Origin: Tubiluchus corallicola
Lineage: Eukaryota; Animalia; Priapulida
NCBI GenBank assembly: GCA_030141605.1
Contig: JAQGDQ010000340.1
Location: 186,001-250,000, forward strand
DNA: 64,000 nt
Reading direction: 5' to 3'
In this document: positions 1 to 19,384 of the stretch, piece by piece
Position numbering within the stretch: position 1 is the first letter of the stretch
How the letters are laid out: each line of letters starts with the position of its first letter
Program-made: the position numbers and the translations under genes
Notes under the pieces: model-generated
The model's database searches: none
Told to the model about the DNA's origin: nothing
What the model saw: only the letters and a program-made list of their open reading frames with translations

Positions 1-280
1 ACCATATGAACTACAAGAACTATATGAACTACATGAACCATATGAACTATATGAAGTATATGAGCAGATGAACCACATGAACTATATGAACCATATGAAC
101 TATATGAACCATATGAACTACAAAAACCATATGAACGACATGAACCATATGAACTATATGAACCATATGAACTATATAAACTATTTGAACCATATGAACT
201 ATATGCTCAGATATGTGAAAACGTTTTTCGATTGTTTTTCCTGCAGAAGTAACCTACATGAACCTGCAAACTATATGAGA
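1..280. repeat. 9-bp tandem repeat (ACCATATGA/ACTATATGA)
   Basis: Directly visible. Explains the MNH/MNY ORF. Confidence 0.9.
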
Positions 281-2512
281 ATTTTTAACGAAATTTATTA
301 AAACTGCGTGTGCATTTGTATAATCATATTCGCTTTACATGTTTCTTTATTCACGCATAAATTGTAATTATTTGACAGAAGTGTGACGCTCAGGCTTATT
401 TTAGGCCAGTTATGTAATTAGTTCCTACTGTTATAATTCTACCATTAATTATTGTCAATTTTTATAAAAGAAGTTTAGTTAAACTGTTTAATGATATAAC
501 ACTAGAAGCCAACTTGTTCTGAAATCAGATTTCACCTGTACATTCAATGATACTGTTTATGCATTACTACTATATCATGTGACTGAAGCCACGTAGACGA
601 AATTTTGGCTTCAGTTCGCCCAGGTATTCCGCTTCAAGTTGTCGAGTTAAGCGGACGTTCTCATGTCATAAAATGATGGTTTAGTAGTAACGGTGCTTGC
701 TTGTAGAAAAGCGATCTGTCTACATGGTTACGACAGAGACGATAGTTGCATTCTAGCGATGATACTTACCTGTTGCCGATTACATTTTCCTGACGCTGAT
801 GATACAACACTTATTAAAGATTGTAACTTACCACTTGTTGATGATGTCTACTGCTACTGATACTTACCCGCATTTACCTGACGTTGATGATACTGTCCTT
901 GGTGCTTCCTAGCTGTGATTACGAAATTGGTAATCCTTACCTTGCGACGAGTGCAGGAGCTTGGATGCTACCCTATTTTGGCGTCATATAAGTGGAGGCG
1001 TAATTGTTATTCGAGAAAATGTTATTTGAGATATTCACTAAATTTTTATATTATTTTATTAATTCAGTGGTTTCCTTCCAGTGGTTTCCTTCCAGTGTTT
1101 TCGACTAAGTGTTTTATTCTTTACCTAAGGGTTACACTTAAGTCACGAACCACCTATTTGCAATAACGAAACTTAGACTACATCGTCACAGTAATGTGAA
1201 AAGGCCTAACTACATTGCTACATAGATGTACATAATGATATAATAAAGCCGTATGATAACCAGACTAAAGAAAAAATTTAATTAGTAGATGAGTTACATT
1301 TTTAACGTTTAATTTGCGCCGACTTCCTACAGCAAAGGTTCTTGAAGGAAGGCACAATGATTTTTCAAATACTGCCACAATTTCAAATCCGATAAAAAGT
1401 ATACATTTTAATACAATTGATACTGCAAAAGCGTTTCTGATAATTAAACAATAGATTAAAAACTTACTTAACGGCAGACGGGCCCCAACTATTGATGACA
1501 TCACAAACTAACATAATTTTCAACAGCAAAAATATTCCACGAGCGTGTTGCACGCGTTTGTGAAAGCAAAACTTGAAGTACAGTGCTAGTGTAAGATATT
1601 CAATGTGTTGTACTAAAACTAGGCAAGTTTTGAGATAAAAATTCAAATTTATCGCTGTGCTCATGCATGAGCTTAATTATTATGCACATCAATAGAGATA
1701 AATGACCATTACTGCACTCTAAAACGAAAAATTACAAGAGAACGAATTAAAACCAGAAAACTTGCTCTTAATTAGCAAGCAAGATAAATGCGGTTAAATT
1801 TACTAACTTTGATTTCCCGTATTTCTTGTTCCTCTAACTATTACCTGTAATTACGCTAGTTTAAGATCAAGTAAATCTTAACATCGCACCACTGCGTAAC
1901 GCCAAGCCGGTCAGCACGTATCAGAGCCTAATCATTGCCCTAATGTCACGCTAAATTGTTTAAGTTTGTGTCAAGAAACTTGTTAATTAAACTCTAATTA
2001 CTTTCACAAACAAACGCCTACAGCGGCGCTCTGTGGGGGAATACGGAAACAGGTTCTACTACAGTAGACTAATTCATAACTTTAATTATCAATCTAAACA
2101 TTCCGCAAATGAAATTGTCACTTAGAAATCATACAGGTTTAACCCAGTAAAATAATTGAAACCTGTTTGTAAATAAGGCAGACGTAAATCCGTTTTGTAG
2201 TTTGATGTCAAATCATTTTTTCAGATCAACCGTAGTAACACAACCTATGCTTATTTATGCGAAAGTTGTAAATTACATAAACAACAACTACATTCTGCGA
2301 AAAATATGTTTCGAAATTTCGTAAGTGCGCCCTTCAATTTCGATAAAGCGAGGCTGCACCCTCGGTCTCGTGGATCTGCCCTTGTTCTTACATAATTAAC
2401 ACCCTGAAAAGACCAGTTTTCATTAAAGTTGTGCGCTTCTTCCGGTGTTAAATTTAGTTGAAGATGAATCAGCTAAGTGAACTAACTAAGAGGAACTACT
2501 TTTGTCAGCGCA

Positions 2513-10104
<7,592 letters not shown>

Positions 10105-10204
10105 TTATTGTGAAATTTCACTCTTAATAAGTGATCCGTATGTTGGAACCAAATTATGTTCTGCTTGATTCTTTGCTCTTGTATTGATCATAAGTAAGCA
10201 GTGT

Positions 10205-11266
10205 TTAAAGTCTATAATACACCAAAGTGCCCAGGGCCTGGCATCTGGTGTTTGCGTCCAACAACTGGGACCGAGAACTAAAGCCTGCGACCAAAGCATC
10301 CAGCGTCTGGAAGCCAGGTATTGTCAATAGTTGATGAAACCAAAGATTTTGGCCCCCAAAGCTAGAAGCCAGACAAACCTGTATTTGAAGGGCTGGCGTC
10401 CAGCGACCAGAGCCTGTTCTGCAACCAACCAACGACGACTGGGCCTGCGATTTATTGTGGTAATAAGCATCGAGAAAAAGAAAAAAGAAAAGCAAACTAA
10501 TTTAGTTATCATCCATTTCATTTTCCTGTGAAAAACATGGAAATTGAGCGCTGGACGTTTTGTCATATCACCCAGTGAAGGCTATAGATGCTGGAAGCTG
10601 GTAGCCAGAGGTCAAACGCTGGACGCTTTGTTATATTACCCAGTGAACGCCAGAGATGCTGGAAGCTGGTAGCCAGAAGTCAGACGCTGGACGCTTTGTT
10701 ATATTACCTAGTGAACGCTATAGATGCTGGAAGCTGGTAGCCAGAGGTCAGACGCTGGACGCTTTGTTATATTATGCAGTGAATGCCATAGATGCTGGAA
10801 GCTGGTAGCCAGAGGTCAGATGCTGGACGCTTTGTTATATTACCTAGTGAACGCTATAGATGCTGGAAGCTGGTAGCCAGAGGTCAAACGCTGGACGCTT
10901 TGTTATATTACCCAGTGAACGCTATAGATGCTGAAAGCTGGTAGCCAGAGGTCAGATGCTGGACGCTTTGTTATATTATGCAGTGAATGCTATAGATGCT
11001 GGAAGCTGGTAGCCAGAGGTCAAACGCTGGACGCTTTGTTATATTACCCAGTGAACGCTATAGATGCTGAAAGCTGGTAGCCAGAGGTCAGATGCTGGAC
11101 GCTTTGTTATATTATGCAGTGAATGCTATAGATGCTGGAAGCTGGTAGCCAGCGGTCAGATGCTGGACGTTTTGTTATATTACCCAGTGATGGCAATAGA
11201 CGCTGGACCCTGGAAGCTGGTAGCCAGAGGTCAAACGCTAGACACTTTGGTGTATTATAGGCTTAA
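10205..11266. mobile_element. TTAA-flanked non-autonomous DNA element carrying an internal 68-bp minisatellite
   Basis: TIRs ctataatacaccaaagtg (10212-10229) and cactttggtgtattatag (11243-11260). TTAA at 10205-10208 and 11263-11266. Confidence 0.65.
10548..11245. repeat. 68-bp minisatellite, ~10 copies
   Basis: gctatagatgctggaagctggtagccagaggtca... recurs every 68 bp (10581, 10649, 10717...). Confidence 0.95.
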
Positions 11267-11795
11267 GATAGCACTAAGTTAAGATGCAACAAGGAATGTC
11301 TAAACTTCTATTTACAACATTGTACCAAACATCAATTAAAATGCTCATATAAAGCTCTAAAATCAATCAATATAAAACCCAGTTTCGATTTTTGTAACAG
11401 TATTTTATATTTTATTTGTAGTACAACTCCACAACTATGGGCTCTGCTGTGTTTCATGAGCAACGAACTCCTAACAGAAAACGAGTTGCAACCAAATAAG
11501 TAAACATGTCTAAATTCTATGACTGAAATTTTCAAAATTAATGACGTAATAAAAAATTTTGTTAAACTGTTTCGTATTTGGCAGTGAGTTTAGTTCATCA
11601 CAAAAACACTACTTTTCTTTCAAAAGTTACTAACTGCTGCATCAGTATTCGTTGGAGTCTAAAGATGTTATTATTATTATGTTGGTAACTAAAGACTCCA
11701 ACTAAAGAGACTCTTTGCCAGAGCTGTTTAGAAAAATGATAAATGGACAATGTCACGTGATGAATCCATCTGTTTGCATTTGTGACCAGGCATTG

Positions 11796-13109
11796 TTATT
11801 GGGTGAAACTCCTTGACACTCCAATAGGAAGGGAAGACGAAGAACCAGAATGGACTCTCGCTGGCTCTACTCTGACTGGAGTATATTTGATTTCTCCCCT
11901 ATTGGGTCGCTGGAAATCGTACGATGCTGCCTCTAATGCGACACCTTCTGCGTTGGCCGTTTGAGCGAACTCAGCCTTTTGTTCCTGTTGTGCTTGTCTG
12001 TCAGCTGAGAGTGCAATTTTAGCAACCCCCTCGCCTGCACCGCTTCTGTCGGCTTTGGATACCTCGAACTGTCTTGCAAATCCCTTTTGATATCGGGATC
12101 CCACGATAACGGGTGTCCGTGAATCTTCTACTTCACTGATTAGCCCACCAGGAGTCTCACTTTCCGCTTGTCTTCTAGCAGCCTCAAAAGAGAAGCCATC
12201 AACATCAAGATACTCGTCTCCAAAACCATCATCCTGTCCCAAATTTGTGATGAAGTCAGTTCCAGTGCTAACGAAATGATTTCGTGCCCTTGAGGTAAAT
12301 GGTCCAACACGAGCGTTGTTCAAGATGACGCCGCTGCTGCTAGCTGTATGTATTGGAACAGATGAATGGGCAGGCAAAGGAGTTTGTTGGGGAACCGAAA
12401 GCTTGGTGCCGGTTCCGCCACCATTAGCATTTTCAGCTAAGTTCCTTATTCGACTTAACTCGGAATGGACACTCTGCAACTGTTGCTGGGAGATCCGCTG
12501 AAGACGAGCAAGTTGGGCAGGCGGTGCTGCATGTACAGGTCTGGAAGCAGATCTACTCGAGAAGTGCTCTGCGGTGCCAACTGGTCGAGAAGCTCGCAGG
12601 ACTGGCCGAATGACAGACGTAGATGTAGCCAGTGGTTGAGACCTAATCACTACGGTTCTGTAAGCCTGGGCCTTGGGCTGCTTATAGGCGACACTTCGAC
12701 TGGGTAAGACGGTCCGATGTCGAAAACCGTTTACGGTACTCACGCCGCCACCCCGACCAATAAACCCACCGGAAGTTGCAGACTGTCCTCTGGCATGTTG
12801 CCTGTTTCGTAACTCTGTCAAATGCTCAGATATTTTACTTTTCACTTGTTGAGTTCGTGCAACAATGTCAGCTCTGGAATAAGAACCACTGTCCCGAAAA
12901 GATCCCGATTCAGCTGCTCCAAAGCCAGTGCCTCTAACCTCGACAATGCTTCCGCCACAGTCGACAGACAGCGGCTGGTTTTGGCTGGGACTTCTGTTTA
13001 TTACCACTTCTTCATCACCACATCGAATTCTGATCTGGTTGTTATCCTCACACAGGATGTTGTGAATGTTAAGCAGTAGCAATGAACAAACTAGAACAGT
13101 CAGCTTCAT
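11796..13109 (-). CDS. Gene B: orphan secreted protein, 437 aa, single coding exon, Ser/Arg/Gly/Ala-rich
   Basis: 1.3-kb non-repetitive open frame. Acceptor ttccag| at 13115-13120 lies 5 nt before the ATG at 13109. MKLTVLVCSLLLLNIHNILC is a signal peptide. The ORF-track start at 13145 is intronic. Confidence 0.8.
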   Translation of the reverse strand: MKLTVLVCSLLLLNIHNILCEDNNQIRIRCGDEEVVINRSPSQNQPLSVDCGGSIVEVRGTGFGAAESGSFRDSGSYSRADIVARTQQVKSKISEHLTELRNRQHARGQSATSGGFIGRGGGVSTVNGFRHRTVLPSRSVAYKQPKAQAYRTVVIRSQPLATSTSVIRPVLRASRPVGTAEHFSSRSASRPVHAAPPAQLARLQRISQQQLQSVHSELSRIRNLAENANGGGTGTKLSVPQQTPLPAHSSVPIHTASSSGVILNNARVGPFTSRARNHFVSTGTDFITNLGQDDGFGDEYLDVDGFSFEAARRQAESETPGGLISEVEDSRTPVIVGSRYQKGFARQFEVSKADRSGAGEGVAKIALSADRQAQQEQKAEFAQTANAEGVALEAASYDFQRPNRGEIKYTPVRVEPARVHSGSSSSLPIGVSRSFTQ

Positions 13110-13164
13110 GTTGCCTGGAAACAATGAATTCATTGACAGTAACACAGTTTTAACAAAATAAGCC

Positions 13165-13490
13165 TTTTCACAGTTCCAGCGATTGATGATGACCGTGAAA
13201 AGATCAACGATAAAGTGTAATTATAACAGTAACATCTTTTAACAGCTAGCTAGTTCATTTTTTCTTCTGCCCAAGCAAGATCCTATTAGTAAATCACTCT
13301 ATGCACAAATTAATACATAATTAAGTAAACTCCGCGTAAAACAACTGAAGTTACTGAACTGATGCAAAGGGCGGCTTTGTTCTTCCCATATGTCACATGA
13401 CAGTTGTAGTTAGGACGCGTTGCTGTGGCACACTTAACCTTTGACCTACAGCAACGGCGCGTGCGCACAACGAAACAGTGAAAAGACTTA
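13165..13490 (+). repeat. Diverged dispersed element, second copy at ~49920-50310
   Basis: Colinear shared blocks: tttcacagttccag.gattgatgatga.cgtgaaaag, cccaagcaagat..t.ttagtaaatcact.tatgcaca and tttgacctacagcaa. Confidence 0.7.
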
Positions 13491-13550
13491 TTGCAAACAT
13501 CCACGTAATCGGCAAACATTGATCTTATGTTCACCTTATGCTGATTGTCT

Positions 13551-13733
13551 CTACACGGTGTTCCAAAACAAAGAGTGATGTAGGAATACGCTGATGAAAT
13601 CATGAAATCATAATTCCTTTCAGTTCTTCTGCAATATAACTTCGCGTGGTCATACTTATTGAACTTTGTGATGGTGCAGTGTTGGCACCCTTTGAGCACT
13701 TGTTATTGAACTGTTACTTTTGGAACGCCTTGT
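13551..13733. mobile_element. Small Tc1/mariner-type MITE
   Basis: tacacggtgttccaaaa ... ttttggaacgccttgt imperfect TIRs of CAGGGTG-like type. Confidence 0.4.
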
Positions 13734-14673
13734 TGATAAATTAAGACATTTGTTTGGCATAATTAGGTAACACACAATTATTCATATCTTTGATACATCT
13801 AAATCACATCTTTCCTTAAAAGAACAGCTAGTTTCTTAAATTTCTCTCCCGATTTCTGCAGGAAAAAGTGAGTTGTTTCCAACAAAACACTCATGCAACT
13901 TTTAAAAGTTTTTGCAACAAATTATAACAAAAATTTTTATTCATATTGAAGCAACACTAACAATTCTGATCTCACGAAGAATTTAACAATCAGTGAAAAC
14001 TGCTTAATGGAATCTGGGTTATGGAAAAATACGAAACAAACAATTTTTTGTCTTTAAAATTAATGGCGGCGAATGAATGTCAGTTCCGTGACAGGTTATG
14101 TGACAATTATTTACGCGCCCCAGGGATATGTTGTAAATCCTATTCTGGGTATTTTTCACTTGGCGATATGCTTGCTGTACACATTTGTTGCTGTTAGCCA
14201 TTTTTTTAGTTTTTATCCTAAAAATGTGACTTAAGTTTGTGAAATTCCGAATAAATAGAATCGTGAACTCATGTGTTCGTGATTACTTGGGGCTAAACCC
14301 ACCACGGCATGATATGCCAAACAATTATAGATTCTAAACATTCTAAACTAAAACATTTTAAGTGAATAAAACAGCTACAACGGCCGATGAAAACATAATC
14401 CCTCCATTGTACAGCAGCACACTCGAGCGAATTTGATATTTTGGCATTGTCTTCATGCTAATCTCAACAAAAATATGTAATCACGGAACAATGCTAAAGC
14501 ATTCAAATTGATTTCTACTCGAGCGTGCTAGTGGACAATAAAAGAATCATGTTTCTGTTAGCTGTTGTAACTGTTTTATTTCAATTAAAATTAACAGTTT
14601 CGAATGACCATTTTAGCAAATATTTTTTTAGATTGCATGACTTCTTTAACTCATAACTGTACATAGATCTTAC

Positions 14674-14830
14674 CTTCTCTTAAAACGGATCCCCTTCTTT
14701 CAACGAGGACGGTTGAGAAGACAGAACGGTGTCATGTCAATTTGTTCACTGTACTGCGGCTATGACGCAAAGTTAGAGAAAACTCTGGTACAGAAGAGAG
14801 AGCTCAAAGCCTCTGGCAAGGATACAGCTT
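14674..14830 (-). other. Candidate non-coding 5' exon of gene B
   Basis: Strong donor gaag|gtaaga at 14674/14673 upstream of gene B's acceptor. The 5' boundary is a guess. Confidence 0.3.
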
Positions 14831-15426
14831 ATTGACAAAAAACAGTTAAACGTTCATTAATCAAACAGCGAGTATAACTGTAAATAGCTCCCACGTTTGT
14901 AAGAAAGCGGCTTTTTTCGAAGGTTATCTGAGATATTTTCTTCACTACTCATTTAGGGCTAGAGTCTTCACTACTCATTTAGGGCTTTGAGATTAATGAC
15001 ATTAACAATTTTTCCTATTTTCTATAACATGTAAGTTTGTGTATAATGGGCGTTTAGCCTATGATAAGTCGATATTAACAAACATACAGTTTATGTATAA
15101 CCTAACGACCGATTATTTGAAAAAAAAACAGGAACATACTGAAAATGAGCCAAGTAAGATTTGAACTTAGAACCTTAGAATCATCGAGTGCGTGCCTACT
15201 ACTTGAACCACTGACTCATCTTACCAGTGCAACCAGGTTGCGTGCTTTACAACTCAAACTACTAGGCCAACAAAGCAGTCTAAGGTTCCGGTATCAAATC
15301 CTGGCTGGCTTTACGTTTTTCAGTTAATACCAAAAGGATGACCGTTTTGTGCAATGAGGCGTCATTTTTACGTATTTCCAATCTCCAGTTTAGTTACACA
15401 GTTAGTAATATATTCAGCTATGAACA

Positions 15427-16900
15427 AGTTTAAGTTTGAGTTTGAGTTTGAGTTTGAGTTTGAGTTTGAGTTTGAGTTTCAGTTTAAGTTTAAGTTTAAG
15501 TTTAAGTTTAAGTTTAAGTTTAAGTTTAAGTTTAAGTTTAAGTTTAAGTTTAAGTTTAAGTTTAAGTTTAAGTTTAAGTTTAAGTTTAAGTTTAAGTTTA
15601 AGTTTAAGTTTAAGTTTAAGTTTAAGTTTAGGTTTAGGTTTAGGTTTAAGTTTAAGTTTAAGTTTAAGTTTAAGTTTAAGTTTAAGTTTAAGTTTAGGTT
15701 TAGGTTTAGGTTTAAGTTTAAGTTTAAGTTTAAGTTTAAGTTTAAGTTTAGGTTTAGGTTTAAGTTTAAGTTTAAGTTTAAGTTTAAGTTTAAGTTTAAG
15801 TTTAAGTTTAAGTTTAAGTTTAAGTTTAGGTTTAGGTTTAAGTTTAAGTTTAAGTTTAAGTTTAAGTTTAAGTTTAAGTTTAAGTTTAAGTTTAGGTTTA
15901 GGTTTAGGTTTAGGTTTAGGTTTAGGTTTAGGTTTAGGTTTAGGTTTAGGTTTAAGTTTAAGTTTAAGTTTAAGTTTAAGTTTACGTTTACGTTTACGTT
16001 TACGTTTACGTTTACGTTTACGTTTAGGTTTAGGTTTAGGTTTAGGTTTAGGTTTAGGTTTAGGTTTAGGTTTAGGTTTACGTTTACGTTTACGTTTACG
16101 TTTACGTTTACGTTTACGTTTACGTTTACGTTTAAGTTTAAGTTTAAGTTTAAGTTTAAGTTTAAGTTTAGGTTTAGGTTAAGTTTAAGTTTATTTTAAA
16201 GTTTACGTTTAAGTTTAAGTTTAGGTTTAAGTTTAAGTTTAAGTTTAAGTTTAAGTTTAAGTTTATGTTTAAGTTTAAGTTTAAGTTTAGGTTTAGGTTT
16301 AGGTTTAGGTTTAAGTTTAAGTTTAAGTTTAAGTTTAAGTTTACGTTTACGTTTACGTTTACGTTTACGTTTAAGTTTAAGTTTAAGTTTAAGTTTAAGT
16401 TTAAGTTTAAGTTTAAGTTTAAGTTTAAGTTTAAGTTTAAGTTTAAGTTTAAGTTTAAGTTTATTTTAAAGTTTAAGTTTAAGTTTAAGTTTAAGTTTAA
16501 GTTTAAGTTTAAGTTTAAGTTTAAGTTTAAGTTTAAGTTTAAGTTTAAGTTTAAGTTTAAGTTTAAGTTTAAGTTTAAGTTTAAGTTTAAGTTTAAGTTT
16601 ATTTTAAAGTTTAAGTTTAAGTTTAAGTTTGAGTTTGAGTTCGAGTTCGAGTTCGAGTTCGAGTTCGAGTTCGAGTTCGAGTTCGAGTTCGAGTTCGAGT
16701 TCGAGTTCGAGTTCGAGTTCGAGTTCGAGTTCGAGTTCGAGTTCGAGTTCGAGTTCGAGTTCGAGTTCGAGTTCGAGTTCAAGTTCAAGTTCAAGTTTAC
16801 GTTTAAGTTTAAGTTTAGGTTTAGGTTAAGTTTAAGTTTAAGTTTAAGTTTAACTTTAAGTTTAAGTTAAGTTCAAGTTTAACTTTAAGTTCAAGTTTAA
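15427..16900. repeat. 1.5-kb hexamer array (TTTAAG with TTTAGG, TTTACG, TTTGAG, TTCGAG blocks)
   Basis: Directly visible. Confidence 0.95.
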
Positions 16901-17743
16901 ATTTCTTCTTTTTCTTTTCACTTCTTTTTCAAGATGAACACGCTCTCTATTCTACATACACAAACGGGTAGAAAGTGAAGTTAATGATTCTGCTGTTTGT
17001 ATTTTAGTTACGTTAGAACCTCTTGGTAATTTTTCTAATGTGAATGTTAATTAGGTTACACCGTTAAATTTACATATTCATTCAAAAACATCGGCTAATT
17101 AATAGGTGGTAAAACTTTTCATATTATTTTCAGAAAACATATTTCAAAGAAATAATTGTTTTTGACAAGCCTATGCCAGCTCATGTACTTTTTAAAGCTT
17201 TAAGAAAACTGCAAAATTACTACTGCAGAAATTTCGTTTCGTTTGGTTAATAATTAAATGCGCGGCGGTTGCGCAATCAATCACTGAACGTTAATTAATT
17301 ATCTGATGTAATAGTGGATTATGTACTAGGCGCAAAGGCGGGATGGTCCTCCAATAATTCACCTCTTACCTGCTAGAAAGTACCTATTATAGGTATGCAG
17401 GCATGGTGAGTGATGAACGTGATGTATTTAAAACTAGTTACCTAATCTGAAATAGTCTTGTATGTAAAAATATACTCTTTTATTCTGATTTGACCACTTT
17501 ATTTACTTATAATGTTAAATTAAGAATTGCAAGACATTTAGTAGTATCGCAAAGCACATCACTTGCCATACTGCCCGGAAAGGATAAGATCTCGAGTTCG
17601 ACTCAGAGTGGAGAAATTTTTTTCAAACTTTCTAAAATTGTATTGCTTTCGTGTGTTTATTAGCTTGTAATTACATGTATTCCTGAAAATTAATGAATTG
17701 TATTTTATAAATTTGCAATTAATTTGAAGATGTTCCGTTGATT

Positions 17744-18044
17744 TGTGTGTGTGTGTGTGTGTGCGTGTGCGTGTGCGGAATGTAGTCAAAGGAAAGCGGA
17801 GCGATACGTTTGACACCAGGTTGGCTGGCAGAGTCAGTGAGCATGCTGCACTGGTCCGCCTTCGGGGCTTTACTCCTGTACACATGGCCGTTGGGTCACT
17901 TGACCTCCTCCGCCCTCTAGGGCATCGCACAAGTCTACAGCACCCGATGTTCGGTCACCCATCCAAGTACTAACCAGGCTCTGCGTTGCTTAACTTCGGT
18001 GATCAGATGAGAACCGGTGTTTATAACGTGATATGGCCGTATAC
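17744..18044 (-). mobile_element. 5S rRNA-derived SINE-like element (5S head, unique body, (CA)n tail)
   Basis: 18044-17933 reads GTATACGGCCATATCACGTT...GATCACCGAAGTTAAGCAACG...GGTTAGTACTTGGATGGGTGACCG...CGGGTGCTGTAGAC. This is a metazoan 5S rRNA with a short internal deletion and no TTTT terminator, followed by ~150 bp of GC-richer body and a CA repeat. Confidence 0.7.
17933..18044 (-). pseudogene. 5S rRNA-derived sequence (not an intact gene)
   Basis: Internal control region boxes are recognisable. About 6 nt are missing after GGGTGACCG and there is no Pol III terminator. Confidence 0.8.
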
Positions 18045-18679
18045 CCACATTCAAACAAATTGTACGAAAGTACGCCAACACAGAACTCCCCAAGGAGCTT
18101 TGTTACAGTACGCACAGACTTTCCGACAAAAAAGAAACATGCCTATGAAAGGATCTCTTTAGAAAACGCGGGTCTCTCAGATCTGTCGAGCGAATGTCAT
18201 CAAATCCTTATCACCGATGACCTCCGTTGCGTGCGCGCGTAGCTTTATTTTATAACCATCGCAACCTAGTTCCTTTAATGAATCAGATGTCAGGGCTACT
18301 CCGATGAATGATGACAGATAATGGGCTGATATTAGCATTATAAAGCTTTGGAGCAATCACAGAGCTTTGAGGCGCGAGAAAGAGCCAAATGGTTACGGTT
18401 TGTGTTTAGCTATTAAAATTAAGCACCATGTGGACTGGTCAGTGAATGGATAGGTGGTCGGTAGTCGTTTTGCGTGATTTGTGGCTATAGAGGGAAGAGG
18501 ACAAATTCAGATCCGCTAATCAGATCCGAATGTGGCTAAGATCCTCTCTACCAGTTCAGTGCCTCAGCTTGGTAATCAGTAGGTCCCAGTCCCGCCACAA
18601 TGTCTGACATGTTTCCATATCAGTAATCACAGGTAATTCGATCACATGTAAGCAATGATTGACCGACCCATTACCATAT

Positions 18680-19310
18680 CACTAATCCCTGTTATCTAAA
18701 TGCATGTGACCTGTATACCACTGGCCCATTTTCATGTCCCTAATCACGTGACCTAAATGCATGAGACCGGTAACCCATTAGCACAGTTGCATGTCCCTAA
18801 TCACGTGATCTAAATGCATGTGACCTGTACACCACTGGCCTATTCGCATGTCCCTAATCACGCGGCGTCCTTGATGCTTGTGGCCTGTAACCTACTGACC
18901 CATTTTCATGTCCCTAATCACTTGATTTAAATGCATGTGACCTGTAACCCACTGTCTCACTTCCACATCACATCACTTCTCACAACTGATCTGAATCCAT
19001 GTGATCCATAATCAACTGGCCCATGTCAATCACACTAATCATATGTACATATTAAATGGCACGTGACCCGTGAAATGACACGTGACCCATGACCTTCTTA
19101 CCCATTTCCATATTAGTAATCACAAATTAGCTGTGAGCTAGTGGAAAGTAATCTATGACTTTCATTTAGTGTAAATTAACATTGTTAATAACAAAGTAAC
19201 TTATATGCGTGGAACTCGTCACCCGCTGACCCAATTCCACATCACAAATCACGTGTTTTCTGTTAATGCATGTCGACCCGCGACCCAGTGACCCATTTCC
19301 GTGTCACCAT
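18680..19310. repeat. Degenerate 57-bp tandem repeat (catgtccctaatcacgtgacctaaatgcatgtgacctgta...)
   Basis: catgtccc at 18733, 18790, 18847, then decaying copies. Confidence 0.75.
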
Positions 19311-19384
19311 TATCACATATGATATAATAATATAATAATAATAATAATTTCGTTCAGGACATAGTCCAAAGATAATACCTTAAG

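Noticed and set aside
762-772. ATACTTACCTG as the 5' end of a U1 snRNA gene
   Set aside because: The downstream sequence does not continue as U1 (no stem-loops or Sm site recognised). Better read as a - strand donor site.
15629-16180. Interstitial telomere or chromosome fusion site
   Set aside because: The motif is TTTAGG within a dominant TTTAAG array, in one orientation only, with no head-to-head junction.
15354-16870. Long FK/LS/NL ORFs, and likewise poly-N/L/I, ER, HT/CV, MT and DN ORFs elsewhere
   Set aside because: Translations of microsatellites lacking stops in some frames. No splice or compositional support.
17933-18044. Functional 5S rRNA gene
   Set aside because: Internal deletion, no oligo-T terminator, single copy fused to a body and CA tail.
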